Shown here piece by piece: positions 36,211 through 46,600 of a DNA stretch of 64,000 bases. The stretch is from an uncultured virus (IMG/VR IMGVR_UViG_3300032562_000006). Taxonomy: Duplodnaviria > Heunggongvirae > Uroviricota > Caudoviricetes. Position numbers and translations under genes: made by a program. The stretch is from the IMG/VR virus record IMGVR_UViG_3300032562_000006; one strand, given 5' to 3'. How positions within the stretch are numbered: the first letter of the stretch is position 1; the number at the start of each line of letters is the position of its first letter. The notes under the pieces were generated by a model. That model worked only from the letters and a program-made list of their open reading frames with translations, was not told the origin of the DNA and searched no databases.

Positions 36211-37545
36211 ATGCCCGGAGTGAACCCAGTTGTCGGAGTTCAGCCTACGGCTGTTGCTCCTTCCGAGAGAAGCTGGCTCGGGGTGGGACGGGAGCTGACG
36301 GCCGGAACGGCGGTGCTGCCCACCAACACCATCCCGTCCGACCCGAAGAACTTCAGTCCTGAAGACACGCCGAAGTTCCTTCCGGATGAAGCCATTCGCG
36401 GTCAGATGGCGCTGCTGTACAACGAGATCCTCGGCCCGGCGGATGGTACCTTTTCGTTTGGCGGACCCAACTTCCTGGACTCGCACGGATTCTGGCTTGA
36501 CAACATCTTCGGCGACTTGTCCTCGGGGTACAATGGCACGTTCACGGCGACTGCCCCGACGATTACCACGGCTCCCGGCGTGGGGGCGACCGTTGTCACG
36601 GTGACAGCGGCTTCGACTGGGTATCCGGCGGGGACGTACATCCAGCTGGAGCCGTCTGCTAGCACGATTGCCGAAGTTGTCAAGGTGACTGGCACGACTG
36701 CGACCCTTATCTACTTCGGGAACAACCCGCTGCGATTCGCGCATGGAATCGGCGGGTCGGTGTACACTATCGGCACATCGCCTGGTGCGACGTTCACGCA
36801 CACGTTCGCGCTACTCAACCAGACGCTCGGCTACGCCGGAATTCCGGGTGCGCAGCCGCCGACGCATACGATTACCGACAACACTAATATCATCACCGGC
36901 ACGACGCAGACGTACGGTCCTGCCAACCCCTACGGAGCACGTGCCTACCCGATGGCGTGCGTGTCGGCTCTCGACTTCTCGGGCAATGCCGAGCAGCTGA
37001 TTGATGTCAAGGTGACGGGGAACTGCTGGCCATCGGTTGTTCCGGCAACAACCGCTACCAACGTCGTGTCCAACGTGATTCCGGTTGCGGCATGGCGGTC
37101 CCAGGTGTACCTCGGCGGAGTCGGCACTGCGAATGCAGTGTACAATGTGTCGGACTGGCAGATCAACCTCAAGCGCGAGCTGCATGTGTACTTTACAGCT
37201 CAGTCTGCTCAAACGCCGTTCATTATCGCGCGTGGGCCGTTCTCGGCTTCGGGCACTATGGCGTTCAGTGTCGCTTCGGACGACACGGATTTGTACCTCA
37301 TGCTGGAAAACATTCAGCCTCAGACTCAGATCACGCTCACTAACGGGCTCACTGGCACCAGCGCTATCACGCTGACGTTCAACATGCAGGTGACGGCCTT
37401 CGTCAAGGACAAGGTGACTCGTAACTCGGTGCTCATAGGATACGAAGCCTCGTGGGATGCAGTTGCCAACGCGATCAACGTAGGCGGAAGTGGTGGATTG
37501 GCTCCCATCTCTGTTAGTTTGACGAATGCGCAACCCACCTACTGA
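36211..37545 (+). CDS. major tail (tube) protein
   Basis: SWLGVGRELTAGT N-terminus, ISVSLTNAQPTY C-terminus; followed by terminator and chaperones. Confidence 0.8.
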   Translation: MPGVNPVVGVQPTAVAPSERSWLGVGRELTAGTAVLPTNTIPSDPKNFSPEDTPKFLPDEAIRGQMALLYNEILGPADGTFSFGGPNFLDSHGFWLDNIFGDLSSGYNGTFTATAPTITTAPGVGATVVTVTAASTGYPAGTYIQLEPSASTIAEVVKVTGTTATLIYFGNNPLRFAHGIGGSVYTIGTSPGATFTHTFALLNQTLGYAGIPGAQPPTHTITDNTNIITGTTQTYGPANPYGARAYPMACVSALDFSGNAEQLIDVKVTGNCWPSVVPATTATNVVSNVIPVAAWRSQVYLGGVGTANAVYNVSDWQINLKRELHVYFTAQSAQTPFIIARGPFSASGTMAFSVASDDTDLYLMLENIQPQTQITLTNGLTGTSAITLTFNMQVTAFVKDKVTRNSVLIGYEASWDAVANAINVGGSGGLAPISVSLTNAQPTY

Positions 37546-37568
37546 CGTTCCGCCTCTCACTCCAGCGC

Positions 37569-37597
37569 TTGACACTACTCCTCGATCGTGCTAGACT
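37569..37597 (+). promoter_or_regulatory. SigA promoter upstream of tail chaperones
   Basis: TTGACA 37569-74, 17 nt, TGc-TAGACT 37592-97. Confidence 0.75.
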
Positions 37598-37627
37598 CTT
37601 CCATGGTGGACTCCCTCTGGTTCACTC

Positions 37628-37662
37628 GCCCGGGACGGCTCCCCACCGTCCCGGGCACTTTT
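37628..37662 (+). terminator. intrinsic terminator
   Basis: GCCCGGGACGG/CCGTCCCGGGC stem followed by ACTTTTT. Confidence 0.75.
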
Positions 37663-37688
37663 TCCATCTTAGCACAGGAGCGTAGCGA

Positions 37689-38099
37689 ATGCCTGAAAAA
37701 ATCAGTGCCGTCGAGCCCGTCGAGCCCGTCAAGCGCGTGCTCAAGCCGATTGAGCGTGTCGAACTCCCGTCTGGCGGCTGGATCGAGTACCGCACCGGCC
37801 TCAAGGCAAGCGACAAGTTCGCCGTGCAGGATGCGGTGGTGCTTGAGTACACCGACGGTGAGGCCCGCAAGATTCGCGGCGGGACCACGAACGTGATGCG
37901 TAACGCCCTCCTCGCTCGCATCATCACCGCCTGGTCATTCGAGGGCATCCCGATCCCCGCTCAGAACATCGCCGGGGTGGACACTCTCGGTGACACGCTA
38001 GACATCGACGACTACAACGTCCTCGCGGAGGACGTATCCTCGCTGCTGGACAAGGTGGCGTTCACCTCGTCCCCAAACCAGCGGAAGTCAGGCAGCTAA
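37689..38099 (+). CDS. tail assembly chaperone (G)
   Basis: position; slippery heptamer C CCA AAC at 38072-38078. Confidence 0.78.
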   Translation: MPEKISAVEPVEPVKRVLKPIERVELPSGGWIEYRTGLKASDKFAVQDAVVLEYTDGEARKIRGGTTNVMRNALLARIITAWSFEGIPIPAQNIAGVDTLGDTLDIDDYNVLAEDVSSLLDKVAFTSSPNQRKSGS

Positions 38100-38329
38100 C
38101 CTCCGTTTTCATGGCGGACGGACGGGGCACGCTGCCTGACAGGCTGCATCCGCGCGTAGTGACGTCGCGCTGGTACGCAAAGGCTTACGGCTGGACCCCC
38201 GATCAGGTAGCTGAGCTGCCGATCGAGGAATACGAGTGGCTTCCGGCGATCGAGATGGCTGAGTCCGACGCGATAGCCGCGCGGCAGAAGCAGGACGAAG
38301 TGCGGAATCGACCGAGAAGGAGGCGGTAA
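38072..38329 (+). CDS. tail assembly chaperone -1 frameshift extension (GT)
   Basis: -1 frame is open from 38072 into ORF 38111..38329; YGWTPDQVAELP motif. Confidence 0.75.
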   Translation, partial: PKPAEVRQLTSVFMADGRGTLPDRLHPRVVTSRWYAKAYGWTPDQVAELPIEEYEWLPAIEMAESDAIAARQKQDEVRNRPRRRR

Positions 38330-38331
38330 GC

Positions 38332-38844
38332 ATGGCAGATCCGGATGCCCTGCTGTCACAACTGACGGGACTGCAGCTCCGTGGCATGCGAACCTCCCCG
38401 GTAGTCGCGGCGGCGATGGGCCGTGCCTTTCACGACCGGCTGGTCAACGTCACTCTCAAAACGTACTCGCACCCGATGTACACCCGCACTCCTGCTCCGC
38501 CTGGCGGACCGCCTGCCTACATGGGGGGTGAGCTGGCACTCTCTGTCACGATGGAGGTGAAAGGAGGCATGTCCACTTCTCGGGCCTGGGTCGGGCCGCA
38601 CACTATCTATGCGGCAGTGCAGGAGTTCGGTGCGGAGATTGACGTCAAGCATACTACGACTGACCGCTGGGGACGCACGATTCCGGGCTTCATGCGCTGG
38701 TTCAACGACGGCAGTTTCTGGTACAAGCGGCACGTGTCCATTCCCCCGCGCCCGTACATGAAAATCACCCGTGATGCAATGATAGCAGACGGGTCACTGC
38801 ACCGGGCTGCGAAAGCGGCATTCCTCGGCGTGATGGAGACGTGA
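38332..38844 (+). CDS. HK97 gp10-like neck/tail-completion protein
   Basis: VGPHTIYAAVQEFG...IPPRPYM motifs. Confidence 0.72.
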   Translation: MADPDALLSQLTGLQLRGMRTSPVVAAAMGRAFHDRLVNVTLKTYSHPMYTRTPAPPGGPPAYMGGELALSVTMEVKGGMSTSRAWVGPHTIYAAVQEFGAEIDVKHTTTDRWGRTIPGFMRWFNDGSFWYKRHVSIPPRPYMKITRDAMIADGSLHRAAKAAFLGVMET

Positions 38845-38847
38845 GCT

Positions 38848-41800
38848 ATGGGTGACCTGGACCCTATCGAGCAGGAGTTTATCGCCGACGTTGCTCGCTA
38901 TCTAGCCGGTCTGGAATCGATGATCCAGATGGGGCGTGAGTTCGTTGAACAGAATGCTGAGGACATCGCCTCGGTAGAGGCGCTGCAAGTTGAAATCGAT
39001 CATCTTGAGGGCAAGATCATCGAGATCAGGACGATGTACAGCAGTAACGTTCCAGATGGCGAAGCTGCACGGCTAGATGATATCGCTGCGGCAATGGCTG
39101 ACCTGAGAAATGCCGCTGACGATTTCAACACGCATGTAAACGATGTGGGCAAATCTCTGCTCGATGCAAATCAGGGTCTAATCGACATAGCAGACTCGGC
39201 ACGTGATGCTGATGATGCACTGCGGGATACATCGGGTGCTGTAGCAGCCTTCAGCGATGATGTCGGGGATATAAGAGCAGGAGCCGTCGCTGCTGATGAT
39301 GTCCGGGATTCTTTCAAGGACATCCCTGATGCGGTTCACGACGCTGATGCTGCTGTCAGCGACATGGGAAACACTGTTGACGATCTTTCGGCTAGCATGG
39401 CGCATGCCGTCACTGATGCTGATCGCGTCGTGCAAGCGACTAATATATTCGGGGACGCTTCCCTTTCTACTGCAGATAAAATCGATCAGATTACTGATGT
39501 AATACATCAGATGGACAAGTCTGAGCGGGAATACTACGATGTAGCACGCATGATCATGAAGCTGACCATGACGTTCGGTTCTAGCATGAACGATATCGGG
39601 TCAGATCTTAACAACCCTAACATTGGCGTGCTGAACGCTCTTGCTAAGGCTGCTAGCGCTGCTGACACTGCCGACACTGCCGACGCCAACGCTGGCGCGA
39701 TAAGCTCTAACAATGCTCTTGCACAGTCCATCAATGCAGTGGCTGCTGCTGATTCAAACGGAGCTGCCGTTGCTATCGCCAAGGCAGCAAAGCTGACTCA
39801 GCTGGAACAGGCGGCTCGTGATCTCGGCCTGAGTGACCAGGATCTAGCCATGCTTGCTGAACGATCCGGCAGTGCTATCTTCGACCAGGGACAGGCTGCA
39901 GCCACTAAGACGGATAAGATCCGCAACTTGATGGCAAACGTTGACACGCTCAGCGACAGCGAGACGAGGAGCATCTGGGTTATACGCGAATCTGAAGATG
40001 CTCTAACGTCTGCAGCGGGTGCGACAGCTAAAGCCGGAAATGCGGCAGATCAGGCTAGTCATCAATTCCGCATCTGGGGGACTGGCATCCAGCTTACTGG
40101 TTACGGCCTGCACTGGCTGATCGCTGGCACGACTGAGTTCCTTGCCGTCTTCATTCCGGCGATGATCGCTGCCGGAGCGGCAGCCGGGGCGATGGCGGAA
40201 GGCGTCGGCTGGATCAAGGACACCCTGATGTCCACGTTCACCGCTACCGAGGCGACTAGCAGCATGATCGGTGAGACGACCGGCCAGGTCTACGGCCTGA
40301 AGGACTCATTGCAGGCGACGCAGACGGCAGCTGACCCGCACATCTACGAGCTGCTCGGCGCGGCAGTCAATGCTTGCAGGGAGTCGTTCGGGGACTTCTG
40401 GGCGCAGGGCGGTGAGGTCGTTGACATGCTGGACCGATTCGCCGCGCATATTGACATGGCGCTCGGTCCGGGTGGCGTGCTGGGCGGCCAGGCGAACAGC
40501 GCCATCAGGAACATGGTATCCGACTTGCAAGGTCTCGGGCAGGTGCTCGGCAACGTCGGTCATATCATTCTGAGCATTGCAGATGACATGCCGGGTGTTG
40601 CCGAGATAGTGCTGCATGCTATCGCAGGCATCACCGGCATTCTGAACGACCTGTTCCAGAACAGGTTCATCGGCTACGGCCTCACGCTCTTGATGTTCAT
40701 GGAAGAGCTGTCGCGCTGGAGTGGCCTGCTGATGAACATGTTCGCCCCGATGATCAGTGGTATCGGGGCTTTCATCGGGAGAATGGGGATCGCTGCTGCC
40801 ACAGTGGACACTGATTTCGCTGCAATAGATGTCGCTGCTGCAACCACCGGGGGGATCCTGCTAGATGTCGGTGATGCTGCGGAAACTATGGGCGGGGAAA
40901 TTGCTACCGCCGGGGCAATGACCAAGACGCTGCGCGGTACATTCGCCATGCTGTTCACCACGCAAGTTGGCGGGACGCTGCTCGCTGCTGCTGGTATCGG
41001 ATTCCTGATTGACAAGCTCGGGCTGATGAACGGGTACGTTACACAGACTGAGTCGTCCATCGCGAAGATGAATGCTACTCTCGGCAGTGAGACCCCTGCT
41101 CAGGGATTCGGCACTATCATCACCCAACTGCAGAAGCTGAGCACGATGACGATTAACCCCGGCTCTGCCGCTGGCGGCGGTTTCCTGGGCCTGGTCAAGA
41201 ATGTCGGTGATGCGATAGTCGGACTTACCGGCCTGGCTCCCGGACCGTGGGATGCGTCCAAGGATGCAGCCTACGCTTACCAGACTGAAATTAACAGCCT
41301 GATCAATACACAGGCGAACTTGATCAGTGCCGGAGTGAAAATAAACGGCACGTACTACGACGCTTACCAGACTATCGGCCTGGCGTCAGCCGCTGGCGTG
41401 ACGATGAACGAGATGTTCACCAAGCAAGGACAGGTGACCGCTCTCGCCCGGCAGATGATCGCTAACCTGCTGGCCGGATACGGGAAGATGGGACAGGTCG
41501 GCCCTGTCCTGGCGGGGGACATCAATGCCATCAACGTCCAGACGATGGAACAGCAGACCGACGTGGACAAGCTGAACCAGGCGTGGGACAGCTTCCTGTC
41601 CGGTGTGACCGGCGGCACTGGTGCTCTGGCCGGGCTGAACTCGGACCTGATCACTATCGGCAACATCACCACTGATGCTACGTCCAAGATTACTGCGTTC
41701 GCGCAGCAGACTACGGGCACGAACCTGTCTGTTCAGGCGATCTCCAAGTCATTGCAGAGCTTCAGCGGGACAAGTGCCCAGGTCTGGACGAACTACAACT

Positions 41801-43599
41801 CCGCCCTGACGCAGGCTGGCACCCTGACTGACTGGCTGCGCACCGCTGCGTCGGAAGGCGCAGTCGGCAACGCGCAGTATGTCGAATCGATCAAGGGTGC
41901 TGTGTCCGAGCTGCTGCCGTACACTGCACATAGCAAGACGGCTGTTGCCGAGCTGGACGCCCTAGCACAGGAGGCGGGAGGACCTGTCACCACCAGCTTC
42001 CAGACGCTGACTAGCTGGGTGGGCAACACCAAGAATGCCCAGAAGGACCTGAACGATACCGTTCAGACTGCGACGCAGTACATGTCCAACCTCGGGGCGA
42101 TAGCGGCTAACCTGTCTTCTACACTGGACAGTGAGGTTGACTCAGCGCTGGCTGCTGGTGCCGTCAACATCAAGGGTATCACTAGCGCGACGCAGCTTTT
42201 CACCAAGCAGCTGGAAGATGGCAACGTCTGGACTGGCAGCTTCATCAGCTCGGTAGGCGGACTGGTTGGTCAGCTGAAAGCAGCTGGCGAGCCTCTGTCT
42301 GACATCACCAAGGTGCTGGACAACCTGGCCTCGCGAGCTGGCCTCACTACCGGGCAGATCAAGATCATGAACAACGAGATCACCACCTTGTACAATAACA
42401 TGGCCAGGATTCATGATGTCAGTGCGACAGTGCGCATCGATGAGGTGGTCAATACTCCCGGCGGTCATCTGGTCGGGTCAACTGCTGGCGGTATGGCGAC
42501 CGGCGGCCGGATCCCGGGTTACGGCGGCGGGGACAAGTACCCGGCGATGTTGGAACCAGGTGAGGCAGTCGTCCCGAAGCACCTGGTGGCGGGTGTCGCT
42601 CCGTTCCTCGGGGCACACGGCGTGCCTGGCTTCGCCGCTGGTGGCGTCATGATGCCGCCAGCCGGTGGTGTCGGGCTGCATCACATCATGACTCCGATGG
42701 AGCAGGTCCTGCGGGAATGGTCAAACGAGATCTGGCGGGATGATCTCAGGCGGTACGGGCGGAAAGGCCCTATCGGCATCACGGAAATGGACCACCTCTT
42801 CAATGCTACCAAGCAGGGAAGCGGAGGCCGGTGGAACAACCCGCAGTACCGTTACCTGGAGCGGTACGAGCGTGACGACATGACCAACTACTACCTGCAA
42901 GATGCTATGTACAACAGCCTCGGCAAGGAAATGAAGTCCCTCAACGCTAGCGAGGCAGCCCAGATCGCCAAGTACCGGGAAGATATCAAAAAGGGCGATC
43001 CGGCTGAGACTAAGTACTACGACAACCTGTATAAAGGTGATATCAAGAACGAGGAAAGCAGCATCGCTTACTACCGCAAGCTGCTGAAAACGGAAAAGGA
43101 CGCAAAGCTGCGGAAGGACTACCTGGCTGACATCTCCCGGGACGATGTGCGCCTCGACAAGTACCGGAAGGATCTTGCAGACGAGAGCAGTTACTACAAG
43201 GACAAATACCTGAAAGACATCGCCTCTCTGGAAAAGAAAGACAGCCGCAAGCAGGATGAGTATGCACTGGAAATGAGCGTCCTGCTCGATGAGATGGGAT
43301 TTTCCCCTTCGCTGGGGGTGGCTGAGGACCAGTCTCGCAAGCTTGTCCCGCTCGGGCACTACGACCAGGGCGGGTATCTTCCGCTTGGACTGTCGATGGC
43401 GCTTAACACAACCGGACGCCCGGAGCGAGTGGGGGACCCGGGCGGGAGCGGAGGCGGGAGCGATCAGCCTCTTCATGTGCACCTGAACATGGACGGGCGC
43501 GAGATTGCTCAGGCGATTCTCCCGAGCATGGTAGGAGCCACGGCTAAGTACGGAATCCGCAACTCCGGCAAGGTAACCGGGCTGATGCGTCCTTCGTAA
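38848..43599 (+). CDS. tape measure protein
   Basis: 1583 aa, Ala-rich helical, central hydrophobic segments, GMATGG...PAMLEPGEAVV and MDGREIA motifs. Confidence 0.9.
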   Translation: MGDLDPIEQEFIADVARYLAGLESMIQMGREFVEQNAEDIASVEALQVEIDHLEGKIIEIRTMYSSNVPDGEAARLDDIAAAMADLRNAADDFNTHVNDVGKSLLDANQGLIDIADSARDADDALRDTSGAVAAFSDDVGDIRAGAVAADDVRDSFKDIPDAVHDADAAVSDMGNTVDDLSASMAHAVTDADRVVQATNIFGDASLSTADKIDQITDVIHQMDKSEREYYDVARMIMKLTMTFGSSMNDIGSDLNNPNIGVLNALAKAASAADTADTADANAGAISSNNALAQSINAVAAADSNGAAVAIAKAAKLTQLEQAARDLGLSDQDLAMLAERSGSAIFDQGQAAATKTDKIRNLMANVDTLSDSETRSIWVIRESEDALTSAAGATAKAGNAADQASHQFRIWGTGIQLTGYGLHWLIAGTTEFLAVFIPAMIAAGAAAGAMAEGVGWIKDTLMSTFTATEATSSMIGETTGQVYGLKDSLQATQTAADPHIYELLGAAVNACRESFGDFWAQGGEVVDMLDRFAAHIDMALGPGGVLGGQANSAIRNMVSDLQGLGQVLGNVGHIILSIADDMPGVAEIVLHAIAGITGILNDLFQNRFIGYGLTLLMFMEELSRWSGLLMNMFAPMISGIGAFIGRMGIAAATVDTDFAAIDVAAATTGGILLDVGDAAETMGGEIATAGAMTKTLRGTFAMLFTTQVGGTLLAAAGIGFLIDKLGLMNGYVTQTESSIAKMNATLGSETPAQGFGTIITQLQKLSTMTINPGSAAGGGFLGLVKNVGDAIVGLTGLAPGPWDASKDAAYAYQTEINSLINTQANLISAGVKINGTYYDAYQTIGLASAAGVTMNEMFTKQGQVTALARQMIANLLAGYGKMGQVGPVLAGDINAINVQTMEQQTDVDKLNQAWDSFLSGVTGGTGALAGLNSDLITIGNITTDATSKITAFAQQTTGTNLSVQAISKSLQSFSGTSAQVWTNYNSALTQAGTLTDWLRTAASEGAVGNAQYVESIKGAVSELLPYTAHSKTAVAELDALAQEAGGPVTTSFQTLTSWVGNTKNAQKDLNDTVQTATQYMSNLGAIAANLSSTLDSEVDSALAAGAVNIKGITSATQLFTKQLEDGNVWTGSFISSVGGLVGQLKAAGEPLSDITKVLDNLASRAGLTTGQIKIMNNEITTLYNNMARIHDVSATVRIDEVVNTPGGHLVGSTAGGMATGGRIPGYGGGDKYPAMLEPGEAVVPKHLVAGVAPFLGAHGVPGFAAGGVMMPPAGGVGLHHIMTPMEQVLREWSNEIWRDDLRRYGRKGPIGITEMDHLFNATKQGSGGRWNNPQYRYLERYERDDMTNYYLQDAMYNSLGKEMKSLNASEAAQIAKYREDIKKGDPAETKYYDNLYKGDIKNEESSIAYYRKLLKTEKDAKLRKDYLADISRDDVRLDKYRKDLADESSYYKDKYLKDIASLEKKDSRKQDEYALEMSVLLDEMGFSPSLGVAEDQSRKLVPLGHYDQGGYLPLGLSMALNTTGRPERVGDPGGSGGGSDQPLHVHLNMDGREIAQAILPSMVGATAKYGIRNSGKVTGLMRPS

Positions 43600-43626
43600 C
43601 TGAGGGACGAGGGAGGAAGAGAGCGA

Positions 43627-46600
43627 GTGACTGCCTACACGCTGTTCAGCCAGGCGACACCGACCGGCGGCTTCACCACGTCTGAAAACGAGGTGACGAT
43701 CGGCATTACATTTGCGCTGTCACAATCGTGCACACTGAATGCTATCTGGTGGTACTCGCCCTCCGGCGCGACTAGCCTGCCGACGATCGGCCTGTACGAG
43801 GTGTCCGGGCAGGTGCTGGTCGCGACCCTGAGCCCTGCCTGGTCCGGTGCGGCTGGCTCAGGATGGGTGCGCGGACCGTTTGTCACGCCGCCGGTCCTGA
43901 CAGCAGTCACCATATACAAGGCATGTGTTTACCTGCTGGCCGCTGACAGTCTCTACGAGACAGACGATTACTGGTCAACCGGCCCGGGTGCTAGCGGACT
44001 CTCTAACGGGCCGCTGCTAGCCCCGAGCGCTAGTTCCTCGTCTGACGGTCAGGAGGACTACAACTTCGCTGTCGGGATCAGTTATCCCGGTACTACGTAC
44101 ACCTCGGCTAACTGGTGGATAGACCCGGAAGTCACCCCCGTCAGCACGGGCGGGAACACGCATATCGTGCAGCAGGTGACCGGATCGTCAGCGGGCGGCT
44201 ACGGTGTAGGCACGACAGCTATCACCTCCACGGAGGGAAACGGGCTAGTTGCGTTCATCGGGTGGAACTGCGTGACGAGCGGCAGCTACATCGGGGTTCC
44301 CTCTGCATGCGTGTCGGACAGCACCGGCAATCTGTGGAAGCAGATTGGCATATCACGCGGCGGGCCGGGCATCACTTCTACCACTCGATGCGCTATCTGG
44401 GCGACAGTGAACGCGCAGAGCGTGGACTGGGTATCTGTCGGCATCGCCGGGTACACGGCGTCGGCTGCCTGGACTATCACGGAGATAGCCGGGCTGGCGC
44501 AGGTTATTGACATTGATTACAGCATCAGTGCCAACTCGGGCGGTACCGCTCCCACGCTGACCGGAGTGGCATCCAGCAACGATATCGGGTTCGCCTTGTT
44601 CGCGTCCGGGAACAGCAGCCAGGCTCTGGCAGGTCCGGCAGGCTGGACGGCACTGACGAGTGAGGTGTCTTCTACCGGGAGTGCTAGCACCGGGATGTCT
44701 GTCTACCCGTACTGGAATACCGGCATCATTGCCGGAAGCGTGACGACTAACGGAACTTTCGGGACTGTTTCATCCTACAGCGTGGTGCAGTGCGCCTTGA
44801 TAGCAAGTGTCTCTCCACCGCCGCAGTACGACTTCCGGTTTCCGCTTATTATCACGGAAGCAGCATTCGGGGCGACGCCGGGCAATGCTTCGTCCTCACT
44901 TGATTTCACGTTCGCTAGTGAGTACGTGCCGTGGGCCGACATCAGCACCCGGGTCATCGGTGACGCAGTAGCGGGACGGATTTCCGCAGCGCGCGGACGG
45001 CAGTACGAGCTGCAGCAGGAAGAAGCCGGGCAGATGACCATCTACCTGGATAATCACGACGGAGCATTCACCCCGACCAATCCTGGTTCTCCGTACTACT
45101 CGAATGCACTGAACTCCAACATGTCATTCCAGTCGGGGATCAGCGGGTGGCGTGGTGTTTTCGGCGCGTCCTTGTCGCAGTCCCGGGCGGAAACGTTCGC
45201 ATCCGGGCTTAATGCGAATGCTCAGTATTCCATGCTGATAACGCCGGATGGTGTTACTGCTAACACTGCCATCTTCACTACTGTCGGGGCTCCAGTCAAC
45301 CAGAACTACACGTACTCCTTTTCCTGCTGGGTCATGTGCCCGGCAGGCTGGACAACTGGTGCTGCTATCGTCATCACCTGGGCTAATTCCGGCGGCGATA
45401 TATTCAGCACTAGTGGCTCTGTCTCCCCCATTCCAGCCGGGGTGTGGACCCAGATAACTTACACGGGGGTTACTCCGGCAAGCGGGAGCACTCTTATCTT
45501 CTTCGGGCTGGAGATGGGAGGAACACCACCGTCATCAACGCTATTCTACGTAGCAGAGGCAGCTGTCGTCACGGGGACTGCTGTCACCACGGGGCTGGTC
45601 GCACTAGAGACCCCGATGCGGATCAGCTGCTGGTGGCAAGGGAGGCAGTACCCGCTCTGGTCCGGGTTTGCCGAGCGCTGGCCACAGTCCTGGCCGGACA
45701 TGCCGCAGTGGGGCTTCTCCCAGGTCACGGCAACGGATGCTATCGCTGTCGCGGCGGCAGGCAGCATGTATTCTGCGCTGATAGGCGAGGTGCTGATCGA
45801 CAATCCGTATGCCTATCTGCCGTGCAACGAGCAGTACACGACCGCTACTACCGGAGCTACTCCAGCCAACCTGTTTTTCTACGCAGGCAGCCCCGCGCTC
45901 ACTCCGGTGGATGCTAACGGGCAGATCGCCCTGAACAGTGCTACGAACAACCAGGCGGTAGGCGTCTATTTCGATGGGCAGACTGTGCAGGTCAGCACCG
46001 GGCTGTCCATTAACTTCCTGGGTGACGACGGCACCGGGATGGGCGCGACCGGGTACAGTTCCCAGGTGACGGGGACACGCGGTCCTTCTCTACTTTACAG
46101 TGATCCGGGATTGCCTGCTGTCGCAGGGGTGTCGTCTTCGCTGTCGTTCACTCTTGAATTCTGGTTTTCCTGGGACGGGACCGCTACGCAGGGTACGACG
46201 CTGCTGTCCGGTTACAGCACTCCGTCAGCGTTCATAGTGCAGAACGAGACGCAGAACAACGGAGCCTGCCTGGTTGTTAACATCGTGAACGGCGGCTCCG
46301 AAGCCCTCCTGAACGTGCAAGTCGGCGATGTGTCCCTGCTAGCCGGTGCTGTCTTGCCATCTCAGTCCCCACAGCACTGCGTCGTTCAGTTCACCGGAGG
46401 AGGATCGCCTTTTTTCACGGTGTGGCTAAACGGAGTGAATGACGGAAGCAGTACGACGATATTTGACTTTGCGCTTGATGCGATAGTCCTAGGACCAGGG
46501 CGATACTCATACGATTGCCAGATACAGGATCTGGTTGCCAACTTCTACTCTTCCTTCAACTATGCAGCCGGTCATCTTGCTGTCTACTCATACATCCTTC

